In this document: positions 27,745 through 37,092 of the stretch, in pieces
Layout of the letters: the number at the start of each line of letters is the position of its first letter
Position numbering within the stretch: position 1 is the first letter of the stretch
Assembly: GCA_963723125.1 (NCBI GenBank)
Contig: CAVRPQ010000004.1
Span: 230,644 to 294,643, forward strand
DNA length: 64,000 bases
Source of the DNA: an uncultured bacterium
Lineage (GTDB): Bacteria > Verrucomicrobiota > Verrucomicrobiia > Limisphaerales > UBA11358
Direction: 5' to 3'
The notes under the pieces: generated by a model
Database searches by the model: none
The model's input: only the letters and a program-made list of their open reading frames with translations
What the model was told of the DNA's origin: nothing
Position numbers and translations under genes: made by a program

Positions 27745-30663
27745 ATGCATGAAAACAGCACACGCCCCTTTGTAACCGGGCGAAACCAACGAATACCAGG
27801 AATTCTCGACGTTTTTGTCCCGGTCCTGCTGGGACTGAGTATGGCGGTGTCGGCGCAGTCGTCTTCATTTTACACGCAACGCCTGGATGATCCCGCGGCG
27901 GTTTATATCACCCCTTCCGGCGGCGACGACACTGCCGCGCTGCAACAAGCCATTAACCGGGTCCAGGAAACGACGCGCCAAGGCATCGTTCTGCTCGAGC
28001 CGGGCCAATATCACGTCAGTGATACCATTTATATCTGGCCCGGCATTCGATTGATTGGCTACGGCGCCACCCGGCCGGTGGTTGTTTTGCCCGCCAACAC
28101 GCCCGGCTTCGGAGATGCCTCGCATGAAAAGCTCATGTTTTTTTTCGCCGGCAGGCGTCCGCGTGATGGCGGTCCGGTTCCAGACGCAAATCCCGGCACC
28201 TTTTATTCGGCGCTCGCGAATTTCGACATCGAGGTTGAAGACGGCAACGCCGGAGCGGTCGCGGTTCGGGCGCATTATGCCCAACACTGTTTTCTCGCCC
28301 ACATGGATTTTCAGCTTGGCTCCGCGCTGGCCGGCATCCACGAAGGCGGTAATGTGGTCGAGGACGTTCATTTTATCGGCGGGACTCATGCCATCTGGAC
28401 GGGGAAACCTTCGCCCGGCTGGCAATTCACGCTCATTGACTGTTCCTTTGAAGAGCAACGCGAAGCCGCCATTTTGGAACATGAAGCCGGACTCACACTC
28501 ATTCGTCCGCATTTCCGGCATGTCCCAACCGCCGTTGAGATCGAGCCAGGATGGGTGGACGAGCTGTGGGTCAAGGATGCCCTTTGGGAAGATATTTCCG
28601 GTCCGGCGTTCGTTTTTGGCAGAGAGCAAAGTTTGTGCAATGAGATCAACATGGAGGGAATCACCTGCCGCAACGTGCCGGTGTTTGCCGCACTGCGTGA
28701 CAGTGGTAAACGCTTTGCCGCCCCGGCGAAATTTTACATCGTAAAAGCCTATTCCCATGGACTTCATTATGCTGATATCGGATCTGTTCCCAGAATCGAA
28801 ACCCATTTTGACGCCGCGCCGCTAACCACGCTGCCACCGGCTGTCGCATCCGATTTGGCCCCCCTGCCCGACTGTGACACCTGGGTGAATTTGCGCGATT
28901 TGGGCGCCAAGGGCGACGGTCGCACGGATGACACCGCGGTGTTGCAGAAGGCAATTGCGGGGTACCGGACCATTTACCTGCCGTCCGGCTTTTATGTCGT
29001 GCATGACACATTAAAGTTGCGGGCTGACACGGTGCTGATTGGCCTGCATCCGGGCGCGACACAGATTATCCTGCCCGACGGCACTCCGGCTTATCAGGAC
29101 ATTGGCAGCCCCAAAGCCTTGCTGGAAGCGCCCAAAGGCGGCAGCAACATTGTGATGGGCATTGGACTTTACACCAGCGGGGACAACCGGCGTGCGGTTG
29201 CCGCGCTTTGGAAGGCCGGCTCGGGCTCAATGATGAATGACGTCCGCTTCCTCGGTGGTCATGGCACGCCGTTGCCGGATGGTTCGCGTGAAAGCCCGTA
29301 CAACAGCAGCCACACCGCTGACCCCGGCCCCGATCGTCAATGGGACAGCCAATATCCCAGCCTCTGGGTCACCGACGGCGGCGGCGGCACCTTTCTTGAT
29401 ATTTGGACCCCTTCGACGTTCGCGCAGGCTGGCATGGTGGTTTCCGATACGGAAACCGAGGGCCACGCCTATCAAATCTCAATCGAACACCACGTCCGCA
29501 ACGAACTGAAAGTGCGGAATGCCGCGCATTGGCACTTTTATGCCTTGCAGACCGAGGAAGAGCGCGGCGAAAGCGGCTTCGCCCTGCCGGTTGAAATTGA
29601 TTCGTCCCATGACATCACCTTCGCCAACTTCCACAGCTACCGCGTCATCAGTTCCTTTCAACCTTTCCCGTGGGCGGTAAAGGTGTCCAACTCGCGGGAC
29701 ATCCGTTTCCGCAATTTTCATTGCGACAGCAACAGCAAGGCAAGTTTCGACTCCGCGGTATATGACCAGAGCCACGGCGTTGAACTCCGCCAGCATGAGT
29801 TTGCCAGTTTGGACCTCTCCGGCCAGGCGCCTCGTCCCAAACCCATCAAACCTTTGCGGGTGGCCGCCCGCGGCGCAAAGCTGGAAAAACTTGCCGGCGG
29901 TTTTTTCAACATCTCCGGCGGCGGCGCAGGACCGCATGGCGATTTCTACTTTGTGGATGCGCATTGGCAGCGGATCTATCGTTGGGACTCTTTGGCACGG
30001 CAGCTTTCCATCGTCAGCGATTATCCGCTCGAACCGGTCAACCTCGCCGTAGATCAGGCAGGAAACCTCATGGTGATTTCCTACGCGGGTAGTGGTGTGG
30101 TTTATTCTCTGACTCCCGACGGCCAAGTCGCGCCACTTGAGCCTGAATCCGTCGCGAGCGGCATGGGGAAGGATTTATATCTGCCGGCCAGCGACTGGCA
30201 TTTGAATCGTGATTCCCTTTCTCATCCGGTCGGCGATTTCCTTTCGCCGGATGGAACCATTGCGATTCCGGTCGGGGAGGATTTTCTACACGCCGCGACC
30301 AGTTGGGGTGTCAAATCAAGCCCGCAAATCCGCTCCTTTGGGCTTGGCCGGGCCGGGCCGGGCAAACCTTTTTATGTCACCGACGAATCCGAACTGCGGA
30401 CATGGAAAGCCGGCGTGAACCCGGATGGAAGCCTGACGAATTTCCAACTGTTTGCCGAACAAGGAGGCGAGAGTGTGACAGCGGACTCTCACGGCAACGT
30501 GTATATCGCTGCCGGTGAGGTTTATGTCTATGATCCTGCCGGCACGTTAATTGACACCATCGAAGTTCCTGAACGGCCAATTCAGGTGGTTTTGGGCGGC
30601 GCCGACCACCGGACACTTTTTATTGCGGCACGGACTTCGCTCTACTCACTGCGCGTCCGTTAA
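27745..30663 (+). CDS. Two tandem right-handed beta-helix (pectate-lyase-3/GH55-like) domains fused to a C-terminal SMP-30/gluconolactonase/LRE-like beta-propeller
   Basis: The first helix has GGDDTAALQQAINRV...GIVLLEPGQYHVSDTIYIWPGIRLIGYG. The second has LGAKGDGRTDDTAVLQKAIAGYRTIYLPSGFYVVHDTLKL. The C-terminus has GDFYFVDAHWQRIYRWD...GNLMVISY...GNVYIAAGEVYVYDPAG...RTLFIAARTSLYSLRV. The ATG at 27745 is preferred because the terminator at 27695-27728 lies inside the track's TTG-started ORF. Confidence 0.65.
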   Translation: MHENSTRPFVTGRNQRIPGILDVFVPVLLGLSMAVSAQSSSFYTQRLDDPAAVYITPSGGDDTAALQQAINRVQETTRQGIVLLEPGQYHVSDTIYIWPGIRLIGYGATRPVVVLPANTPGFGDASHEKLMFFFAGRRPRDGGPVPDANPGTFYSALANFDIEVEDGNAGAVAVRAHYAQHCFLAHMDFQLGSALAGIHEGGNVVEDVHFIGGTHAIWTGKPSPGWQFTLIDCSFEEQREAAILEHEAGLTLIRPHFRHVPTAVEIEPGWVDELWVKDALWEDISGPAFVFGREQSLCNEINMEGITCRNVPVFAALRDSGKRFAAPAKFYIVKAYSHGLHYADIGSVPRIETHFDAAPLTTLPPAVASDLAPLPDCDTWVNLRDLGAKGDGRTDDTAVLQKAIAGYRTIYLPSGFYVVHDTLKLRADTVLIGLHPGATQIILPDGTPAYQDIGSPKALLEAPKGGSNIVMGIGLYTSGDNRRAVAALWKAGSGSMMNDVRFLGGHGTPLPDGSRESPYNSSHTADPGPDRQWDSQYPSLWVTDGGGGTFLDIWTPSTFAQAGMVVSDTETEGHAYQISIEHHVRNELKVRNAAHWHFYALQTEEERGESGFALPVEIDSSHDITFANFHSYRVISSFQPFPWAVKVSNSRDIRFRNFHCDSNSKASFDSAVYDQSHGVELRQHEFASLDLSGQAPRPKPIKPLRVAARGAKLEKLAGGFFNISGGGAGPHGDFYFVDAHWQRIYRWDSLARQLSIVSDYPLEPVNLAVDQAGNLMVISYAGSGVVYSLTPDGQVAPLEPESVASGMGKDLYLPASDWHLNRDSLSHPVGDFLSPDGTIAIPVGEDFLHAATSWGVKSSPQIRSFGLGRAGPGKPFYVTDESELRTWKAGVNPDGSLTNFQLFAEQGGESVTADSHGNVYIAAGEVYVYDPAGTLIDTIEVPERPIQVVLGGADHRTLFIAARTSLYSLRVR

Positions 30664-30757
30664 CCGACAGCCCGGCGCGGCGCGCGCACGCTCCACGTCA
30701 AGCCGTTGAATTAAGCCGGAACGATGCAGTTGAAAGACAAGGTCGTGGCGCCGGTAG

Positions 30758-30860
30758 CTGCGACGCCCTCGTCGCAGAGGGTGTCGGCGACGCCTCGTCG
30801 CCAGTGCCAGCGGACCATCAAACGGTGCGCCCAATCTTTCGCGCGACGAGGGCGTCGCGC
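30758..30860. repeat. Cluster of three GC-rich palindromic (REP-like) hairpins with a CGACG-N3/4-CGTCG core
   Basis: The three are CTGCGACGccctCGTCGCAG (30758-30777), GGCGACGcctCGTCGCC (30786-30802) and GCGCGACGagggCGTCGCGC (30841-30860). They lie in a convergent intergenic region. Confidence 0.5.
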
Positions 30861-30912
30861 CCACGTTCTGCGGGCATCGCAGCTACACGCAACGGCAACG
30901 GCATGGTTCCGG

Positions 30913-32649
30913 TTAAGGTGATGCGAGGCGATAAAAGATCGCGCTCTGAGTGGGGTCTGGAGTCACAACATACGGACTGGTCGTGATGGGCAGGTCAGAC
31001 CAGTTGCCGCCAACCAGCGAATTTGTCTGCACCTGCAAATGGCAGACAATATTGGTCGGCCAGCTCAATGTCATGCTTCCGTTCGACTGTGTCGCCACGG
31101 AAAGGGCGAGTGGCGCGGTTTGCTGATAAACGCGCACGTAATCCACCAGCATTTGTTGGGGAAAGACCGTTGTTGCATCCGGATTTCCAGGCCAATTGCC
31201 GCCAACGGCGACGTTGAGTATGAAGAATTGCTGGTTCGTGAAGACCCAGATCCCGGGGCTGGGCAGACCGACCAGACTGGCGGGTGTGGCCGTGAAAAAC
31301 TGATTACCGTCCAAGAACCATGTGATTTGGTTGGTCGTCCACTCCACGCCGTAAATGTGAAAGTTATTGGCGAGAACCGCTCCGCCCGGCAGCGTATAGG
31401 TACCGCCAACTCCGGAACCGTAATTGTAATCCTGTCCGTTCGCCATCGGACCGTGAATCGTGCCGTGATCGGTGCCCTGATCGTTGGTGTTACCGATGTT
31501 TTCCATGATGTCAACCTCGCCACAGGTGGGCCAGCCGATAGGAACAATGTTTGTGCCCAGCATCCAGAAAGCGGGCCAGATTCCCTGTCCTCGCGGGATT
31601 TGGATGCGCGCCTCCATGCGGCCGTAAGCCCATGACTGTAAGCCCTGGGTCTTCATGCGGGCGGAAGTGTAACCGGACCCATTGGTTAACGCCACGATGT
31701 GCAGGAGGCCATTGCTCACGTAGGAGTTCTGCGGACTGCTGGTATAAGTCTCCAGTTCGTTGTTACCCCAGCCGCCGCCGCCGAGGTCGTATGTCCAATT
31801 GTTGCTATTGATGTTGGTGCCATTGAACTCGTCGCTCCAGACGATGTTCCATTGCGTGGCGGGAGGGTTCGTGCCGCCAATTTGATTCGTGACCGCCTGA
31901 AGTTGGAATCCATTGAAATCGCTTTCATCGCCATTTGCGCTATTGCCATAGTTTATGACAACATTCCCGGTTCCGCTGGCCACGACATTGGTAAACTCAA
32001 GATAGTCGGTTCCGTTGACCAGGGTGGTAACGCCGGCCTGCCAAATAGAGGTCTGGGTGACACCATTGACCGTGAACGTACTCCTTCTTTGACCAGGAAT
32101 TGCCCCACTCGCCAGGTTCAGATCACCCGCGCTATAAACATACAGATTGTAAGTCCCGCCAGGCACAAGACCGCTGAGTGAGACGGTATCGGTCACCCCT
32201 GCGGTGTGTGAGACGAGCATAGACGCCATCAAGACTGCCCAAGGGGTGTTTGGGTAGCCAAGGTTACCCTGTTCGTTGGCTAAAGAAGCCCATGAAAATG
32301 GGCTGTAGTTGCCAAAACCTACGGCATTGGCATCATAGGTGCCATTTGTTGCCGTTAAACTCAATGTAACCCCCGAAGCGGCGCCATTTGCATAAACCAA
32401 GGTTCCACTGGTGAAAGTGGCGCCGTTGGGATAAGCCGAGTAGGCAAAGCCGCCCAAGCCATTCCACATGTCACCCGGTGAACCAATCACCGCAGCGCCT
32501 GACATCGCGGAAGGCGCAGGGGCATTGCCGCCGCCGTAGTCCGCGTTGACGGAATCGTCAATGAAATTAACATCGATTAATTGGGCCTGAACACGGCCCA
32601 AACCAGCCGCACCCATTACGCTAAGAATTATAAACAGGGATTTATTCAC
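30913..32649 (-). CDS. GH16 laminarinase with an N-terminal unknown domain (shared with PEP-CTERM protein 1) and a C-terminal FYRL module (GH16-2)
   Basis: The GH16 region is WSDEFNGTNINSNNWTYDLGGGGWGNNELETYTSSPQNSYVSNGLLHIVA...GEVDIMEN. The tail is ...AIFYRLASP. Confidence 0.85.
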   Translation of the reverse strand: MNKSLFIILSVMGAAGLGRVQAQLIDVNFIDDSVNADYGGGNAPAPSAMSGAAVIGSPGDMWNGLGGFAYSAYPNGATFTSGTLVYANGAASGVTLSLTATNGTYDANAVGFGNYSPFSWASLANEQGNLGYPNTPWAVLMASMLVSHTAGVTDTVSLSGLVPGGTYNLYVYSAGDLNLASGAIPGQRRSTFTVNGVTQTSIWQAGVTTLVNGTDYLEFTNVVASGTGNVVINYGNSANGDESDFNGFQLQAVTNQIGGTNPPATQWNIVWSDEFNGTNINSNNWTYDLGGGGWGNNELETYTSSPQNSYVSNGLLHIVALTNGSGYTSARMKTQGLQSWAYGRMEARIQIPRGQGIWPAFWMLGTNIVPIGWPTCGEVDIMENIGNTNDQGTDHGTIHGPMANGQDYNYGSGVGGTYTLPGGAVLANNFHIYGVEWTTNQITWFLDGNQFFTATPASLVGLPSPGIWVFTNQQFFILNVAVGGNWPGNPDATTVFPQQMLVDYVRVYQQTAPLALSVATQSNGSMTLSWPTNIVCHLQVQTNSLVGGNWSDLPITTSPYVVTPDPTQSAIFYRLASP

Positions 32650-32804
32650 AGGTTTTGCTTTCGTGTCTCGATGTTTTTGTTCGTAACACGGACCACGTTT
32701 ATTGTTGGTTGTTGTTTAACGGTCCCAAGCAACAGCACCGCCAGCCATTTGATTTGACACAACGGTGGAGGCAGAAGAGATGTTTTCATAATATTCATGT
32801 TCAT

Positions 32805-33686
32805 TCAGGGGTCGGTGTGCTCGTAAACCCGCACGTAATCCACCTGTATTTCGCCGGGGAAAGCCGTGTTCGCGTCAGGATTGCCGCCGAAGTCACCACC
32901 GACAGCCAGATTCATGATGATATAGAACGGTTGATCAAATGGAGCAGGATAGGGAGCGTTCACGGTGGACCACCGGTCTTGCGTTTCATAGAGCTTGCCG
33001 TCCACAAACCACCGGATTGAATTGGTTGTCCAATCCAAACCATACGTGTGAAAGTTGGTGGCTCCGTCATTCGGGAGGAATGTGTAAAGCCCCGAGGCAT
33101 GACGATACCCGCCTCGAGGGTCGGCATAATGAATGGTCCCCTGCACGACCGCCGGATAATTTCCCTTGTTCTCAACAATATCAATTTCTCCGCAAGCCGG
33201 CCAGCCTCCGTAAGGCGAGTGTTCGGGCATCAGCCAAAAGGCCGGCCAAAAACCACGGCCCGCGGGAAACTTGGCACGGAATTCGAACCGCCCGTATTTT
33301 TGGGAAAAGAATCCCTCGGTCTTCATGCGAGCCGAGGTGTAGGAAAATCCGTTCGTGGATTCCTTTCGGGCCATGATGTGGAGGAGTCCATTGCTGACAT
33401 AGGCATTTTCGGGGCGACCGGTGTAATACTCCAATTCGTGATTTCCCCAGCCGCGATGATTTCCGGTTTCGAACCTCCAATGGCCCGTGTCAATCGAAGT
33501 GCCATTGAATTCGTCGCTCCAAACGAGTTTCCAGCCGGCATAGGCAGTCAGCGTTCCACAACCCAGCAATCCCAATATGACTACCGATACTCCAGTCAAG
33601 AAGCGCATCTGTTGCAACCCAACGAACGGGATCGGATATCGGGGCGTTTTCATGGCAGCGATTTGGGACTCCGGCAAAATTCTCAA
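32805..33686 (-). CDS. GH16 beta-glucanase, catalytic domain only (GH16-3)
   Basis: The sequence reads WKLVWSDEFNGTSIDTGHWRFETGNHRGWGNHELEYYTGRPENAYVSNGLLHIMA...GEIDIVEN. Several in-frame alternative starts exist. Confidence 0.85.
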   Translation of the reverse strand: MRILPESQIAAMKTPRYPIPFVGLQQMRFLTGVSVVILGLLGCGTLTAYAGWKLVWSDEFNGTSIDTGHWRFETGNHRGWGNHELEYYTGRPENAYVSNGLLHIMARKESTNGFSYTSARMKTEGFFSQKYGRFEFRAKFPAGRGFWPAFWLMPEHSPYGGWPACGEIDIVENKGNYPAVVQGTIHYADPRGGYRHASGLYTFLPNDGATNFHTYGLDWTTNSIRWFVDGKLYETQDRWSTVNAPYPAPFDQPFYIIMNLAVGGDFGGNPDANTAFPGEIQVDYVRVYEHTDP

Positions 33687-33710
33687 TGCAGGTTGCTCGT
33701 AGAAAAGGGA

Positions 33711-35162
33711 TTAAATCACCAGAGTCATTATCGAGTGCGCGGGGCTGCTGGTTTCCGCCGTTTTCCCCTCGATCGACAGGTAAAAAGGCTGTTCCGTCTC
33801 CGAGACATTCATCACAATCACCGCGATCCTGCCATCCTTGTTCAAAAAGGCGGTCGTCAATAAGTCGTCGTCCGTGGAAGAGCTGATAATCCGGCGCGCG
33901 CCCGGGCGGACAAATTTTGAAAAATGGCCGAGGTAATAGTAGGAACTCATGTAAGTCAGCTCTCCGGTTTCGGTATTGGCATGAATCGGGGCGAAGCAAT
34001 AGTTTTGGACATGATTCGGTCCGCCTTTCTGGTCCAGCAGGACGTTCCAATCCGTCCAGCCTGCGGACCCGTTGTTGAAATCGTTGATCATGGAAATTCC
34101 GTATTTTTCACCCCATTGCCATTCCTGGATGCGGGCCGGGTTAAACGGCGCGTTGCACCCTTCGGTGAACAACAGATGGGTTTTGGGAAAGGCCTCCTGC
34201 ACGCGTTTTACGTTTTCAAAGTAATTGCCCACGTACCAATGGAAAGCCACGCCCCATACGTATTGAGCGGCCTTGGGATCGTCCAAAACGACTTCGGCGC
34301 GGTGATACATGATGCTCCGGTTGTGGTCCCAAATCAGAATTTTCTTATTCCTAAGACCGCTCTTTACCATGGTGGGGCCCAGGTAATTCTTTACAAAATC
34401 ACGCTCTTCCTCGGCCGTATAAAGGCACGATTCCCATGGCTGGACCGCCATCGGTTCATTCTGCACCGTCACGCCCCAGATCGGAACGCCTGCTCTGGCA
34501 TAGGCTTTGATAAACTTGACGTAGTACCTGGCCCACGCATCGTAAAATTCGGGTTTCAATTTGCCCCCATGCAACATGTCATTGTTATCTTTCATCCAGG
34601 CCGGCGGACTCCACGGACTGGCAAAAATGGTGAAGTCCTTGCCGGCGGTTGCCAGCACTTCCTTGATAAAAGGAATGCGATATTTCAGATCGTGACTGAT
34701 GTTGAAGCTGGCCAGGGTGGCGTCGCCGTTCGTGACATAGGTGTAACTTTCGCTGGAAAAATCGCAGCTATGGATGGAGGTGCGCCCCAGTGTATAACCA
34801 ATGCCCTTTTGCGGATCAAAATAGGCCGTCAGGATCTCCCGCCGTTTGTCCTCCGGCAGTTTGTAAAATGTTTCCGCCGAAGCGTCAGTCAGGGCGCCGC
34901 CTACACCCAGCACGGTCTGAAACTCCTTGGAAGGATCCACGAAAATGCATTCTTGCTTTTCGGTGCGCTGGGGTAAATCGGTAAAAGAGATTTCACCAGC
35001 CTTGGCCAGCCGCTGGCCCGTATCCTTCGCAGTCACGTAAACGATGACCGGCTTGGACGTAAAATCGGCGGCGGGGCTTTGGTCCGCTCCCATTGCCCAA
35101 GTTAACACGGTTACACCTGTAAACAGGCCCGGTAAGATTGTGGAAATCAATCGGCGTGTCAT
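33711..35162 (-). CDS. GH30 glycoside hydrolase (glucosylceramidase / beta-1,6-glucanase type)
   Basis: GVGGALTDASAETFYKLPEDKRREILTAYFDPQKGIGYTLGRTSIHSCDFS closely parallels the GH30_1 signature region. A signal peptide is present. Confidence 0.85.
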   Translation of the reverse strand: MTRRLISTILPGLFTGVTVLTWAMGADQSPAADFTSKPVIVYVTAKDTGQRLAKAGEISFTDLPQRTEKQECIFVDPSKEFQTVLGVGGALTDASAETFYKLPEDKRREILTAYFDPQKGIGYTLGRTSIHSCDFSSESYTYVTNGDATLASFNISHDLKYRIPFIKEVLATAGKDFTIFASPWSPPAWMKDNNDMLHGGKLKPEFYDAWARYYVKFIKAYARAGVPIWGVTVQNEPMAVQPWESCLYTAEEERDFVKNYLGPTMVKSGLRNKKILIWDHNRSIMYHRAEVVLDDPKAAQYVWGVAFHWYVGNYFENVKRVQEAFPKTHLLFTEGCNAPFNPARIQEWQWGEKYGISMINDFNNGSAGWTDWNVLLDQKGGPNHVQNYCFAPIHANTETGELTYMSSYYYLGHFSKFVRPGARRIISSSTDDDLLTTAFLNKDGRIAVIVMNVSETEQPFYLSIEGKTAETSSPAHSIMTLVI

Positions 35163-35279
35163 AATTGCTCAGGGGACCCATAATCGGGATACCGCTGAAA
35201 TTGCATACGTCATTAATTTTACTGTAATATGCCTATTGACAACACAATCAATATCCCATATTCAGTGGTCAACTCAATT

Positions 35280-35308
35280 TTTTTACTACTTGTAATGATA
35301 CTTGTCAA
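35280..35308 (-). promoter_or_regulatory. Putative promoter of the GH30/GH16 operon (TTGACA-N12-AGTAGTAAAAA)
   Basis: The minus strand reads TTGACAagtatcattacaAGTAGTAAAAA. Confidence 0.4.
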
Positions 35309-35440
35309 CTTTTATATTACAATACCACGTGCCGGCCCATTCTCTTTCAATTTCAAGCTTATTGCCTGAAGTTTCGTCCGGCAAGACAACCAGACTAACT
35401 GCCAGAAGAAGTAAATGCAACCCAGCAGCACAATTCGTTT

Positions 35441-37042
35441 ATGAAGCAAGGCAAGCTATTCACCGTTTCCGTGGCGCTGATCGTGGCAGTCGGCGGGTTT
35501 GTTTGGGGATTTGATGCGACAGTTATTTCCGGAGCAGTACCCTTTATTCAGAAGTACTTTGATCTGAATGGCAATCGGGGTGACGTTCTGCTGGGCCTTG
35601 CGGTAAGTTGCCTGGGCTGGGGTGTTTTGGGAGGCACTGCCGTCGCGGGATTATTCAGTGACCGGTTCGGGCGCAAGAAAGTTTTAATCACCACGGCGGT
35701 TTTTTTTGTCGTCTCGGCTTTGCTCTCCGCGTTGACGACCAATTTTGCGATTTTTGTCGGCGCGCGGGTTCTGGGTGGGATTGCCGTGGGCGGAGCCATT
35801 CTGATCGCGCCGGTTTACATCGCGGAAATTTCACCGCCGCAATTGCGCGGGAGCATGGTCTCGCTCAATCAGTTGATGATCGTGCTCGGCATCTCCGCTT
35901 CCTTTTTTTCGAACTACTTTCTGCTGAACGCGGGTGAAAATAACTGGCGCTGGATGCTGGGAATGGATGCCGTCCCGGCGGCCCTGTATTTCTTCCTGCT
36001 CTTTGGCGTGCCGGAAAGCCCGCGCTGGCTCTTTGGCAAAGGCCAGACTGAACGGGCCAAGGCAATTCTGATCAAGGCCTGCGGGGCGGAAGAGGCGAAG
36101 CAGGAACTGCTCAACATCCAGCAAAGCTTTGCAGAAAGAGCATCTGACCCGCAAGTCAGCGGACGGTCATGGGTTCAAACGGTTGAAGCGCGTCTGATAA
36201 CCTGGACAAAGAGAGCAATGGTTTTGATGACGGAGATGAGATTTGTTCTATTCATCGCCCTGGCAATTGCCTTTTTTCAACAGATCACCGGAATCAACGC
36301 CATCTTTTATTATCTCCCGACGATTTTCGTCCAGGCCGGCGGCGGCACCAACGCCGCGTTCTGGCAGGCGGCTTTGGTGGGAGTGGTCAACCTGGTAATG
36401 ACCTTTGTGGCGATTTCATTCGTCGATCGTCTTGGCCGCAAACCACTTCTGATCATCGGCGCGACCGGCATGGCCGTGTCATTATTGGCGTGCAGTTGGG
36501 CGTTTCACGCATCGAATTACCAGCTTACGGACAAATCTTTTGCGATGCTTCAAGCTGATAAGATTCCGCAAGACCTGATTAACGACTTAAAAAATGCACC
36601 GAGGCCCGTCGTCACTTCGGACAAAGTATTTATCACTGACCTCGAAAACCAATTCGGCGCCGAACGGCTCGAACCGTACCGCGATTCACTGATTACGGCC
36701 GGCCTGAATATCCGGGCGACGCTGGTTCTCGTGGCAATTATCGGCTTTGTGGCTTCGTTTGCCATTTCACTGGGACCAGTGATGTGGGTGCTGTTGTCGG
36801 AAATTTTCCCCAACCAACATCGGGGCATGGCCATCTCGCTGGCCGGCTTCTGGAATTCAGCGGTGAGCGCCAGTGTCACATTTATTTTCCCCTGGGAGTT
36901 GTCGCATTTCAGGCCTGCCGGGACTTTTTTAGGCTATGGTCTGATGGCTGTCGCCGCTTTGATTTTCATCCTGGCCTTTATCCCCGAAACCAAGGGCAAA
37001 TCGCTGGAGGAACTGGAAGGCATCCTGATGCGAAAAGGATAA
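35441..37042 (+). CDS. Sugar-porter-family MFS transporter (monosaccharide:H+ symporter)
   Basis: Motifs are GFDATVISGA, GRKKVL, PVYIAEISPPQLRG and PESPRWL. There are 12 predicted TM-like hydrophobic blocks with one long loop insertion. Confidence 0.85.
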   Translation: MKQGKLFTVSVALIVAVGGFVWGFDATVISGAVPFIQKYFDLNGNRGDVLLGLAVSCLGWGVLGGTAVAGLFSDRFGRKKVLITTAVFFVVSALLSALTTNFAIFVGARVLGGIAVGGAILIAPVYIAEISPPQLRGSMVSLNQLMIVLGISASFFSNYFLLNAGENNWRWMLGMDAVPAALYFFLLFGVPESPRWLFGKGQTERAKAILIKACGAEEAKQELLNIQQSFAERASDPQVSGRSWVQTVEARLITWTKRAMVLMTEMRFVLFIALAIAFFQQITGINAIFYYLPTIFVQAGGGTNAAFWQAALVGVVNLVMTFVAISFVDRLGRKPLLIIGATGMAVSLLACSWAFHASNYQLTDKSFAMLQADKIPQDLINDLKNAPRPVVTSDKVFITDLENQFGAERLEPYRDSLITAGLNIRATLVLVAIIGFVASFAISLGPVMWVLLSEIFPNQHRGMAISLAGFWNSAVSASVTFIFPWELSHFRPAGTFLGYGLMAVAALIFILAFIPETKGKSLEELEGILMRKG

Positions 37043-37092
37043 GATCCGCCACCGGTTACCCATCTGAATTTAACCATAACACCAAGTTGATT

